Shown here: one piece after another, positions 1 through 7,850 of the stretch
Position numbering within the stretch: position 1 is the first letter of the stretch
Layout of the letters: every line of letters begins with the position of its first letter
Made by a program: the position numbers and the translations under genes
The notes under the pieces: model-generated
Databases searched by the model: none
Told to the model about the DNA's origin: nothing
The model's input: only the letters and a program-made list of their open reading frames with translations
NCBI GenBank assembly: GCA_036391015.1
Contig: DASWAR010000161.1
Location: 1 to 41,288 of the forward strand
From: Terriglobales bacterium
GTDB taxonomy: Bacteria; Acidobacteriota; Terriglobia; Terriglobales; Acidobacteriaceae
Reading direction: 5' to 3'
Length of the DNA: 41,288 bases

Positions 1-11
1 TCAGGGAAAGA

Positions 12-37
12 CCCACATTTGCCAAGGCAAATGTGGG
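12..37 (-). terminator. Perfect 12-bp inverted-repeat hairpin downstream of the cytochrome operon (candidate terminator or REP-like hairpin)
   Basis: Sequence is cccacatttgcc-aa-ggcaaatgtggg. It lies about 40 nt past the stop at 76-78 on the minus strand. The following sequence there (tctttccc) is only moderately T-rich. Confidence 0.4.
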
Positions 38-75
38 CCACAGTCGAAACTAGAAATTAGAAACTCGGAACTGGT

Positions 76-1617
76 TTACGGCCCGACGCCGCCGGTGTGA
101 CAGTCGGCGCAATTGACGGCGGTCATGTCGCCCAGGTCAACCGGGTGCTTGAACTTCATGCCCTGCGTGCTGCCGTAGACGGGTTGCCCGCTCTCCAGTT
201 CGGCGAGGACGGTATGGCAGGTATCGCAATCCTTGGTCAGCGCCTTGCCGTCGGGGCTGACGTGATTGCCGTCGTGACAGCGGAAACAGCCGGCGAACAT
301 GAAATGCCCGATGTTGTTCGGGTGCACGCGCCAGTCCACCTTCATCTCGGGGAACATGGTGGTCTTGAAAATCCGCTGCACCTCGGCTATGGCGCCGCGA
401 ATTTCCAGCTCCTTGCTCTTGGCTAACGCGGGATATCTCTCGCCATAGAATTTTTCCAGGTTGGTGGCGATGGCCTGGGTTGCTTCCGGCGTGGAATTGT
501 AGCCGGCGCTGAGAACCGCGACTGCCTGCTGCTTGATGAAGGGCAAGGTCGAATCGATCCGTCTGGCAACCAGCGCCTCGTCCACCGAGTGATCGGGCGG
601 GGGATAGATGTGCGAAGGACGGTTGTGGCAGTCGACGCAATCCATGCGCCGCTTGGGCATGCCGGCAAGCTCCTCCGGCTTGACCGGGTTGTCCTTCGAT
701 TGGTAGACGGTGACGCGCCCGCTCTGGTCTTTCACCTGCACCCACGGGATCACCTGGCGCTGCTTGTCGCTGGTGGCATAGGTGATCTCGTTGGCGATGT
801 TCATGTGCCAGTGAATGCCGGTGGGCGCACCGGTGGTGGGATCGCCGCCGCCGGTGTTGATCAGCATGCGGATCTGCCGGGGCGTATTTTTTTCGTCGCT
901 GCCGTAGTGATAGAAGACCTTCAATTGCGCGCCATAGAACTTGCGCGGCCAATGGCACTGCTCGCAGGTTTCCTGCGCCGGGCGCAGGTTCGCGACCGGA
1001 GTGGGAATGGGCTTGGGATACTTGTGGAAGGTGACGGAGTACACCTGGTAGGCGCCGGAGAGCTTGGAGCGGACGTAAAATCCGGCGCCGGGGCCGACGT
1101 GGCAATCCACGCAGCGCACGCGCGCGTGCGGCGACTGGCTGTAGGCGACGAACTCGGGGTTCATGACCGAGTGACAAAGCTGGCCGCAGAACTGGATGGA
1201 GTCGGTGAACTCGTAGGCGCGGTAGCTGCCGGCCGCGCTGAGGGCGACAAAGACGATGGCGAAGCAGACGAAAAACGCGAAGGCGCCGCGCTGCTGCGGA
1301 TCATTGAGATCGATGCGCGGGTAGCGCGCCATGGACGGCGCCTGAGTGCGCCGGCGCGAGCGCTCCGCCCACATGCCCACCGGGATCAGCAGCAGTCCCA
1401 GGATCATAAACGCGGGCAGGATCATGTACGCGAAGATGCCGATGTAAGGACTGGGCCGGGCGGAAATGTAATCAATAAAAATGAGGAATGCGATGTTGGC
1501 CGCGCTGATGACGGCCAACGCCACGCCGACCAGGCTGATCGGGTTCCGGAACAGGCCCGGCGGCGGGTCCTGCGGGGAGGCGGGCGAGGCTACTTCATCG
1601 GGGGGCTGGTCGGCCAT
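76..1617 (-). CDS. Membrane-anchored NapC/NirT-type heptahaem cytochrome c (ImcH-like quinol dehydrogenase candidate)
   Basis: Tracked ORF is 76..1683. AGGAGG sits 8 nt upstream of the ATG at 1617, which favours that start. Three N-terminal hydrophobic helices are followed by CGQLCH (Cx3CH) directly after TM3. Then come six CxxCH motifs: CVDCH, CEQCH, CVDCH, CFRCH, CDTCH, CADCH. The architecture (3 TM plus 7 haem motifs, about 510 aa) matches the published description of Geobacter ImcH. No alignment was run. Confidence 0.8.
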   Translation of the reverse strand: MADQPPDEVASPASPQDPPPGLFRNPISLVGVALAVISAANIAFLIFIDYISARPSPYIGIFAYMILPAFMILGLLLIPVGMWAERSRRRTQAPSMARYPRIDLNDPQQRGAFAFFVCFAIVFVALSAAGSYRAYEFTDSIQFCGQLCHSVMNPEFVAYSQSPHARVRCVDCHVGPGAGFYVRSKLSGAYQVYSVTFHKYPKPIPTPVANLRPAQETCEQCHWPRKFYGAQLKVFYHYGSDEKNTPRQIRMLINTGGGDPTTGAPTGIHWHMNIANEITYATSDKQRQVIPWVQVKDQSGRVTVYQSKDNPVKPEELAGMPKRRMDCVDCHNRPSHIYPPPDHSVDEALVARRIDSTLPFIKQQAVAVLSAGYNSTPEATQAIATNLEKFYGERYPALAKSKELEIRGAIAEVQRIFKTTMFPEMKVDWRVHPNNIGHFMFAGCFRCHDGNHVSPDGKALTKDCDTCHTVLAELESGQPVYGSTQGMKFKHPVDLGDMTAVNCADCHTGGVGP

Positions 1618-1727
1618 CCAAAATCCTCCTGGATTTCCTGTGGCATGCTGCACCGGCTGCGGCTGCGCCGGTGCAAAAAGCAACCGCGCAGCTTACGTCA
1701 AATGTAATCCGCCGACAAACAACGGCC

Positions 1728-1765
1728 TGTGGCGCAAGTCACAATCGCGTGTGACCTGGACCACA
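1728..1765. promoter_or_regulatory. Two CRP-type half-degenerate palindromes forming one composite palindrome upstream of the ImcH-like gene
   Basis: TGTGG-cgcaag-TCACA at 1728-1743 and TGTGA-cctgga-CCACA at 1750-1765. Each is one mismatch from TGTGA-N6-TCACA. Their centres are 22 bp apart. They lie in the 183-nt gap between the CbcL-like stop (1801) and the ATG at 1617. Confidence 0.5.
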
Positions 1766-1800
1766 GGCCATACCTGCCCGCCGGTTTGCATTCCGGTCCC

Positions 1801-3825
1801 TCAAGGGCGCGGGCCGACCGGTTGCTTGTCCTCCGACTCTTCCGGCGCCGGCAGCGGCTCGGGCGCGCCGCTCTCCGCCGCCGCGGCATCCACGGCCCGG
1901 CGGACGGTCTCGCTGTCGAGGCCGTGCTCCTCCTGGTAATGCTCCACCGACATCTTCCCGTCGTACCAGGCCCAGTTCATCGGATAGACGTCGGCGTCGT
2001 ACATGACCTGGTAGAAGTGCCAGAACAGAATGGCGAGCGTCGCCAGGATGGCCTCGTAGAAGTGGATGGCGGTGGCGACGTCCAGCCACCACCGGGGAAA
2101 CAAGTGTCCGACCTGCACCTTGAACCACAGCGCCAGGCCGGTGCTGGCCATCACGATGGTTCCCCACAGCAGAGCCCAGTACTCCACCTTCTCGCCGTAG
2201 TTGAAGCGCTTGAACTGCGGTTTGGCCACATTGAGGCCGAGGTAGTGGCGCATGGTGTCGCGCGCATCGAGAGCGTCCTTCGGCTCCGGCAGCATGGCGG
2301 CAAACAGGCGCCGTCCCTCGACGCTGACCATCAGGTACCCGAGATGATACAGGCCCACGGCGATGAGCACGCCTCCGGCGGTACGGTGCAGGATGCCGCG
2401 CAGCGTCTCGTTCAGGTTCAGCATCTCGGCGAACCAGGAGTCCGGATACTTCAGCGCGAAGCCGGTGATCACCAGCACGAAGAAGCTGATCAGCAGCGCC
2501 AGGTGCTGCAGGCGCTGGTTGGTATCCATGCGGCGGACGATGCGGCGATGCGCGTCGCGGCGCAGCACCGCCTTGCGGCGCCAGATAATCAGGTTGTGCA
2601 GCAGCATGGCACCGATGGTGAAGAAAATCAGCGTCAGGTACATGCGGCGGATCCAGCGCACCGCGACGCTGCCGATATCGGCGGAGAGTGGCGCGTCCAC
2701 GTGCACTTTGCCCTGGATAAATTTTTCGGTGACGCCGGGATGGCACTGGCCGCAGGTCTTGATCAGGTTGGCGTGGTTGACGGTTGACTTGGGATCGGAG
2801 GACGGCAGGATGTTGTGCGCGCCGTGGCAGCTGGCGCAATTGGCGACCACCTTGGATCCCGCCTTCGACGCCAGCCCGTGATAGCTCGCCAGGTAGGTGC
2901 TGCCGCGACGGCCCTCGACACCGAACTCGCCCGCCAGGCGCACGCTCTCATGGCAACGCGCGCAGGTGCTGCGCGCCAGGTTGTAGGCGCTCACCGACGA
3001 TGCGGGATCGCTGGGCGCCTTGATGGTGTGAATGCCGTGACAATCGGTGCACACCGGCGCCTGCCAGTTGCCGCGTGTCACCGCCTGCCCGTGAACGCTG
3101 GTGATGTATTCCTGCTCGACCTTTTCATGGCACTTGGCGCAGGTAAAGGGAACGTTGGCCTTGGCAATCGAGGACTTCGGATTGCCGCCGTTCAGGATCT
3201 CGTGCGCGCCGTGGCAATCGGTGCAGACCGCGGCCTTGCTCTTGTCGCCTTCCTTGGTGACCGATTTTCCGTGCACGCTCTCTTCGTAGTTGATGAACGG
3301 CTGCGCGCTGTGGCCGCTGGCCTCCATGACGAACTTCTGGCCGTGGCAGGCGCCGCAGGTGACGGGAATGTTGGAGCGGTGCACCTTCGCCTTCGGATCG
3401 GTGGCGGGCAGGATCTGGTGCACGTTGCCGTGGCAGTCCTGGCAGGAGGCGGCGAGTTTGTCGCCGCTCTTCACTGCTTGCGCGTGGAAGCCGCGGTTGT
3501 AGGCGGCATCCTGGTCGGCATGGCAGGTGGCACACTTGGGCTTGGCGGGCGGCGTGTCGTGCGGCGCCGACTTGATGTCGGTGTGGCAGTCGGTACAGGC
3601 GAACATTCCGTGCACCGAGCCCTTGAACTTCGCCTCCTCCACCGCAAGCGAGACCTGCTTCCCGCCCACTTCCTTGGTCATGCTCGCGTCGGCGTGGCAA
3701 GCGAGGCATTCGGCGCCGGTGATTTTCGGCTGTTTCGGCTGCTTCGCGGCCCACGAAATCGCGCTGAATAAAACGAGCATGAATGCCAGCGCGATCGCAA
3801 TCCGTGTACGGCTCGGTTTCAACAT
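1801..3825 (-). CDS. Undecahaem cytochrome c fused to a C-terminal FdnI/HydC-type cytochrome b membrane domain (CbcL-like)
   Basis: Signal peptide, then 11 CxxCH motifs (CLACH, CTDCH, CATCH, CQDCH, CGACH, CTDCH, CAKCH, CTDCH, CARCH, CASCH, CGQCH), many in the doubled-CxxCH arrangement. The C-terminal ~270 aa contain several TM helices with conserved His residues (HRTAGG, HLGY, IHFYEA). This c::b fusion architecture is what is described for Geobacter CbcL. Confidence 0.85.
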   Translation of the reverse strand: MLKPSRTRIAIALAFMLVLFSAISWAAKQPKQPKITGAECLACHADASMTKEVGGKQVSLAVEEAKFKGSVHGMFACTDCHTDIKSAPHDTPPAKPKCATCHADQDAAYNRGFHAQAVKSGDKLAASCQDCHGNVHQILPATDPKAKVHRSNIPVTCGACHGQKFVMEASGHSAQPFINYEESVHGKSVTKEGDKSKAAVCTDCHGAHEILNGGNPKSSIAKANVPFTCAKCHEKVEQEYITSVHGQAVTRGNWQAPVCTDCHGIHTIKAPSDPASSVSAYNLARSTCARCHESVRLAGEFGVEGRRGSTYLASYHGLASKAGSKVVANCASCHGAHNILPSSDPKSTVNHANLIKTCGQCHPGVTEKFIQGKVHVDAPLSADIGSVAVRWIRRMYLTLIFFTIGAMLLHNLIIWRRKAVLRRDAHRRIVRRMDTNQRLQHLALLISFFVLVITGFALKYPDSWFAEMLNLNETLRGILHRTAGGVLIAVGLYHLGYLMVSVEGRRLFAAMLPEPKDALDARDTMRHYLGLNVAKPQFKRFNYGEKVEYWALLWGTIVMASTGLALWFKVQVGHLFPRWWLDVATAIHFYEAILATLAILFWHFYQVMYDADVYPMNWAWYDGKMSVEHYQEEHGLDSETVRRAVDAAAAESGAPEPLPAPEESEDKQPVGPRP

Positions 3826-3853
3826 GCCAGGACCCTTCTCTCTGCGCGCCGGG

Positions 3854-4807
3854 CTACCGGTACGCGAACAGCATGGCGTAGATGATCCACACCACGATGC
3901 TGAAGCCGATGGACAACGCCACCCACGCGAACACGCGAATGGTCTTCACCACGATGGCCGGTTGCGGATCCGCCAAATGCTGCTCCAGGCGGCCGCTGGC
4001 GACCAGCGCCTGGTACTCACGCGGCTTGTCCCGCTTTAATTCCGCCAGCGGCATGTGCCCGGTGAACACGGTGGTGTCCATGGGAAATTTTTCCGGCCGC
4101 AGGTGGGTGTTGAAGAAATGGACGGTGAAGATGAACCCGGTGGCGAGCAGCGCCTCGTCGCTGTGAATAATGGTGGCGACATTGATGAACGACCCGGGAA
4201 TCACCTGCGTGAAAAACACCGGGAACCACAGCGTCAACCCGGTGGAGCCGATGATGAACACGCCCCAGAACACGGCGAAGTAATCGAATTTTTCCCAGTA
4301 CGTCCAGCGCCCGTACTGCGGCCGCTCGCCCTGCCCCACGAACCACTTCATGGTGCCGACAAACTCCAGCAGGTCCTGCTTCATCGGCAACATCGAGTTC
4401 GGGCCCAGGAGCAACGCCTTCCAAGATCCGTACTCGCGCTTCTTGAGCTTGAATAGGTCAACGATGTGAGTGATAAACGTGGCAAACATGATCACCGCGG
4501 CGGTGCGGTGAATGAAGCCGGCGGTCTGAAATCCGCCCAGCATGCGCGACATAGACCGCGCCCACCCGGTGTAGGAAAACTTCAGCGACAATCCGGTCAG
4601 CGCCAGGGTGATGAAGCTGACGATCATGCAGACATGCAGCGTCCGGTGCAGGTAAGTGAAGCGGACGAACTCGCGACGGTCGGGCGGTGCCTCCGGCCCC
4701 CATTCATCGCTGGCGATGACCAAGGCATGATCGGCGGCGGCGGCCTTCGGCGCCGCGGGATTCGCTTCCGCAACGACGGTGTCGATCGGCTCTTTAACGG
4801 TCGCCAT
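3854..4807 (-). CDS. Stand-alone FdnI/HydC-type cytochrome b membrane subunit
   Basis: 317 aa with multiple TM helices and conserved His residues (HRTLHV, HRTAAV, IHSDEA, HFFNTH). By eye it aligns colinearly with the C-terminal domain of the 674-aa fusion protein. Its start overlaps the stop of the upstream 19-haem gene by 14 nt. Confidence 0.8.
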   Translation of the reverse strand: MATVKEPIDTVVAEANPAAPKAAAADHALVIASDEWGPEAPPDRREFVRFTYLHRTLHVCMIVSFITLALTGLSLKFSYTGWARSMSRMLGGFQTAGFIHRTAAVIMFATFITHIVDLFKLKKREYGSWKALLLGPNSMLPMKQDLLEFVGTMKWFVGQGERPQYGRWTYWEKFDYFAVFWGVFIIGSTGLTLWFPVFFTQVIPGSFINVATIIHSDEALLATGFIFTVHFFNTHLRPEKFPMDTTVFTGHMPLAELKRDKPREYQALVASGRLEQHLADPQPAIVVKTIRVFAWVALSIGFSIVVWIIYAMLFAYR

Positions 4808-6821
4808 CGTGCTTCTCCTCCCCCGGTTTTTGTTCGGCAGCTTTGCGGGCCGCTTCCTCAGCGCGCAGTTCGCGGCGCATCTGGAAGGCGCGCGGCAACC
4901 ACAACAACGTGTGCACGCCGCCGACGACGAACGTCCCCAGCAGCAGCGAAGTCATGCCCCAGAACGTCCAGAACAGGAACGGGTACTTCTTGGGATCGTG
5001 GTGGGTGGCGTGCGTCAGGTATCCGGCGAAGCGCCGCGTCGCGCTGGCGTGGCATTTCTGGCAGGTCTGCACGACGTTGGCGCGGCTGAGGTGGGAGCGC
5101 GGATCGGTGACCTTCAGGATGTCGTGCGCGCCGTGGCAGTCGTAGCACTTGGCGGTCTTGGTGTAGCCGAGCCGCGAAACTTTGCCGTGATACGTATCGA
5201 AGTAAGTCTTCGCAATCTCGACGTGGCAGCGGCCGCACTTGGCCATGATGTCGAGCTTGAAGCCGTCCTCGTCGGCGCGCCGGATCTGGTGCGCAGTGTG
5301 GCAGTCGTTGCACACCGGCAGCTCTTCCTTGGTGCTGGAAACGGTCCGCGAGTGAATGCTGTTGACGAACTGCTCCTGAATGCCGTGGTGGCACTGGCCG
5401 CAGGTCGCCGGGAGGTTTTTGGGATTCACTGTGGATTCCGGATCCGACTTGGGCAGTTCGCGGTGCGCGCTGTGGCAGTTGGTGCAGGTCGCCGTCACCG
5501 TCAGGCCGCTCTTCAGCAGGCCCTTGCCGTGAATGCTCTCCTGGTAGTGCTGGATGATCTCGTGCTGCGTGCCGGTGTAGCGCATCGCAGCCTTCTTGCC
5601 TTCGCGGTGGCAGCGCGCGCACAGCGTGGGGATATTGGTGGCGAAGGTCACCGATTGTGGGTCGTGCTTGCCGAGCACGCGATGCGTGCCGTGACACTCC
5701 TTGCAGACGGGCGCGTTGGGGTCCTTCTTGGCGAAGAGCTGGCCGTGCTTGCTGCGCTGGTAGTCCTGCCCGATCTGCTCGTGGCACTTGGAGCAGTCCA
5801 CCGCCGTGACGATGGTCTCGCAGGGGCGCACACGCGAGGCGTTCACTTCCGAGTGGCACTGGCTGCAGGCCACCTTGGCATGACGGGACGACGCCACCTC
5901 CTCAACGTGCACTCCCAACGGCCGCCCATCGCGCGCTTTCAGGTTCTCGTCGGCGTGGCAACGCATGCAGTCCGCGTCGGCCATGCCCTGGGTGTAGAAG
6001 ACCTTCCGCACCTTGTGCGGCTGGTGGCAATCGACGCACGCCGGCAGCACGTGCGCCTCTTTCTCCCAAAGCGCGCCTTTGATCGTTTTGCGGTGGACAT
6101 CCTCGATGCGCGCATGGCACTTGGTGCAGGTCTTGGCGATGTTGGCCCGCGCGATCGAGGAGCCTGGATCGGTGTGCGGCAGGATGTTATGCGCCGTGTG
6201 GCAGGAGGCGCAGTTTGCCGTCACCGTCAGGCCTTTCTTCAGCAGGGCCTCGCCATGCATGCTCTCGGCATAATTCTCGATGATGTTGTGCTGCTCGATC
6301 TTCCGCTGCGTCTGTACCGGCGTGCCTTCACGATGGCATTTGCCGCAGGTGAACGGCACGTTCATCGGCGACACGGGAGAGCGCGGGTCCTTGACGGGCA
6401 GGATGTCGTGATTGCCGTGGCAACTGGTGCAGCGCGGCGCCAGAGGGTCACCGTGGGCGACGGCGCGGCCGTGCAGCGACTTGGCGTGCTGCTTGGCCTC
6501 CTCGCCGTGGCAGGTGCCGCAGTCCACTCTCTTCAGCGGCGTTTCGTGCGGCAGGTCCTTGCCCTCGAGATCGGCGTGGCAGTTAGTGCAGGACAGCGAT
6601 CCGTGGATGGATGACGAGAACTTCTTCGCCTCGACAAACAGCGAAACCGTGCGCCCGGCGCGCTTGGTGGTGAGCGTCCTGTCGGCGTGGCAAGCCAGGC
6701 AGGTGTCGTTGGGTTTGTCCTCGGCCCGGGCGGCGCCGCCGGCGAGCAGCAGGAACGCGGTGAACAGCAGCAGCGCTAACAGGATTTGCGTCCGGGCCGT
6801 GGTGCGTCGGGATACGGTCAT
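4794..6821 (-). CDS. 19-haem cytochrome c with signal peptide and C-terminal TM anchor
   Basis: 19 CxxCH motifs counted in the translation. Repeated doubled-CxxCH modules of the form C..CH..H.I...DP.S....N....C..CH. A C-terminal hydrophobic helix (FLFWTFWGMTSLLLGTFVVGGV). The ATG at 6821 begins a typical signal peptide (MTVSRRTTARTQILLALLLFTAFLLLAGGAARA). The tracked ORF extends to 6869. Confidence 0.88.
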   Translation of the reverse strand: MTVSRRTTARTQILLALLLFTAFLLLAGGAARAEDKPNDTCLACHADRTLTTKRAGRTVSLFVEAKKFSSSIHGSLSCTNCHADLEGKDLPHETPLKRVDCGTCHGEEAKQHAKSLHGRAVAHGDPLAPRCTSCHGNHDILPVKDPRSPVSPMNVPFTCGKCHREGTPVQTQRKIEQHNIIENYAESMHGEALLKKGLTVTANCASCHTAHNILPHTDPGSSIARANIAKTCTKCHARIEDVHRKTIKGALWEKEAHVLPACVDCHQPHKVRKVFYTQGMADADCMRCHADENLKARDGRPLGVHVEEVASSRHAKVACSQCHSEVNASRVRPCETIVTAVDCSKCHEQIGQDYQRSKHGQLFAKKDPNAPVCKECHGTHRVLGKHDPQSVTFATNIPTLCARCHREGKKAAMRYTGTQHEIIQHYQESIHGKGLLKSGLTVTATCTNCHSAHRELPKSDPESTVNPKNLPATCGQCHHGIQEQFVNSIHSRTVSSTKEELPVCNDCHTAHQIRRADEDGFKLDIMAKCGRCHVEIAKTYFDTYHGKVSRLGYTKTAKCYDCHGAHDILKVTDPRSHLSRANVVQTCQKCHASATRRFAGYLTHATHHDPKKYPFLFWTFWGMTSLLLGTFVVGGVHTLLWLPRAFQMRRELRAEEAARKAAEQKPGEEKHDGDR

Positions 6822-6860
6822 CCAGTACCTGCTCAGCGTGCCGTGGTAACCCCAGTACTG

Positions 6861-6874
6861 GTGACACACGTCAC
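6861..6874. promoter_or_regulatory. CRP/FNR-type palindrome GTGA-N6-TCAC (site 1)
   Basis: gtgaCACACGtcac. Its centre is about 46 nt upstream of the ATG at 6821. Confidence 0.6.
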
Positions 6875-6920
6875 GCAGGCGGGGTCATTCCTACGTTCTC
6901 AGATCGGCGACCAACCGGCT

Positions 6921-6934
6921 GTGAGTCGCCTCAC
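6921..6934. promoter_or_regulatory. CRP/FNR-type palindrome GTGA-N6-TCAC (site 2)
   Basis: t-gtgaGTCGCCtcac-g, i.e. TGTGA-N6-TCACg. Confidence 0.6.
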
Positions 6935-6942
6935 GTCTGAAG

Positions 6943-6956
6943 GTGACTGTAATCAC
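6943..6956. promoter_or_regulatory. CRP/FNR-type palindrome GTGA-N6-TCAC (site 3)
   Basis: g-gtgaCTGTAAtcac-c. Its centre is 22 bp from site 2. Confidence 0.6.
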
Positions 6957-6982
6957 CCCGGCTGTGGTTATCACCTGACGAC

Positions 6983-6996
6983 GTGAGCTCCATCAC
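6983..6996. promoter_or_regulatory. CRP/FNR-type palindrome GTGA-N6-TCAC (site 4)
   Basis: c-gtgaGCTCCAtcac-c. Its centre is 40 bp from site 3. Confidence 0.6.
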
Positions 6997-7104
6997 CTGG
7001 GCAAGCGGCCCCCGCCGCGATCGGACGCGTCATGATGAATCGGCTCAAGGATGGGCCATGCGGGGCAAAAAATGAGGGCGGCACAATTCGCCACGCTCCC
7101 CTCG

Positions 7105-7134
7105 GGCAAACAAAACGCCCGCCGAAGCGGGCGT
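7105..7134 (-). terminator. Rho-independent terminator after the truncated Crp/Fnr paralogue
   Basis: Minus strand reads aacgcccgc-uucg-gcgggcguu followed by UUUGUUUG. It starts about 20 nt after the stop at 7157. Confidence 0.8.
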
Positions 7135-7156
7135 TGTTAGGACGGCGATGATCTCC

Positions 7157-7675
7157 TCAGTTGCTGTGCGCGGCAGCGTGCGAGGCAGGGTGCACCAGGT
7201 GGGGCCGGCGCGCGCGCGCTAGTCCGATCGACCGCACTCGGTCATAGGCCTGATGCAGGTCCTGGCTGAGCAAGTGAACCACCTGCAGGCAGGCCACGCG
7301 GTGTTCGCGCAGGAAGTGCAGAAGGTCCTTGCGGCGGACGAAAGCCACCTGCGAAGTGTCCAGCATTTCCGCGGTCACTTCGTAGGGCCGGCCCGCCATG
7401 CTGGCGCTCAGGCCCAGCACCTCGCCCGGCCCGGCAACGCGCAGCATCAGGCGCTTGCGCACGTCGGAACAGACCGAGAGCTTGGCGCGCCCTTCGCACA
7501 AGACATAAATTCCCCGCGGCTGTTTGCCTTCGGCGAACAATGTCGCTCCGCGCGGCACGCTCGTGGTGGTCTTAATGGCGTCGAATGCCTGTAGCGCTTC
7601 GGCCGGCAAATCACAGAAAACCCGGTCCGGCCGCAGCTCGCAGGTAAAGCAGCTCTGGTGCTTGGCGCTTTCCAT
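7157..7675 (-). CDS. Crp/Fnr-family paralogue with cNMP-binding (effector) domain and dimerisation helix but no helix-turn-helix
   Basis: Aligns by eye with the neighbouring 253-aa regulator from SCFTCELR... to ...RVRSIGL. It then diverges and stops about 20 aa later. The ATG at 7675 (MESAKHQSCFTC) is preferred by homology. The tracked ORF starts at a GTG at 7726, inside a palindrome. Confidence 0.7.
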   Translation of the reverse strand: MESAKHQSCFTCELRPDRVFCDLPAEALQAFDAIKTTTSVPRGATLFAEGKQPRGIYVLCEGRAKLSVCSDVRKRLMLRVAGPGEVLGLSASMAGRPYEVTAEMLDTSQVAFVRRKDLLHFLREHRVACLQVVHLLSQDLHQAYDRVRSIGLARARRPHLVHPASHAAAHSN

Positions 7676-7710
7676 GACACTGGAATGATGCTTGCCGCGG
7701 GGAACCAAGA

Positions 7711-7728
7711 CAGTGACTGCTATCACTG
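7711..7728. promoter_or_regulatory. CRP/FNR-type palindrome CAGTGA-N6-TCACTG (site 5)
   Basis: cagtgaCTGCTAtcactg with perfect 6-bp arms. Its centre is about 44 nt upstream of the ATG at 7675, the same geometry as site 1. Confidence 0.6.
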
Positions 7729-7850
7729 TTTGTAGTGATGCATAACCGAAAAATCAAAGCTCGGAGCGGGCTTCGGCAGGAAATACAAGGAGCTTTCTCC
7801 GCCGCACCCGTCATGGCGCAGCGAAGTTCCGGCGAAGACTTGAGACGTCC

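Noticed and set aside
589-1707. 372-aa plus-strand ORF, and the 346-aa alternative-frame ORF at 137-1177, overlapping the ImcH-like gene
   Set aside because: These are shadow ORFs of a high-GC gene. Their composition is Arg/Ala/Gly/His-rich with no motifs, whereas the opposite or other frame carries seven haem motifs and TM helices.
4779-6614. 611-aa plus-strand ORF antisense to the 19-haem cytochrome gene
   Set aside because: It is a typical antisense open frame in GC-rich DNA (Ala/Arg/Gly/Val-rich, no recognisable domain). The minus frame has 19 CxxCH motifs and a signal peptide.
6822-6869. N-terminal extension (MCHQYWGYHGTLSRYW) of the 19-haem ORF
   Set aside because: The signal peptide begins at the ATG at 6821. 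The extension would overlap regulatory palindrome 1 and has no signal-like character.
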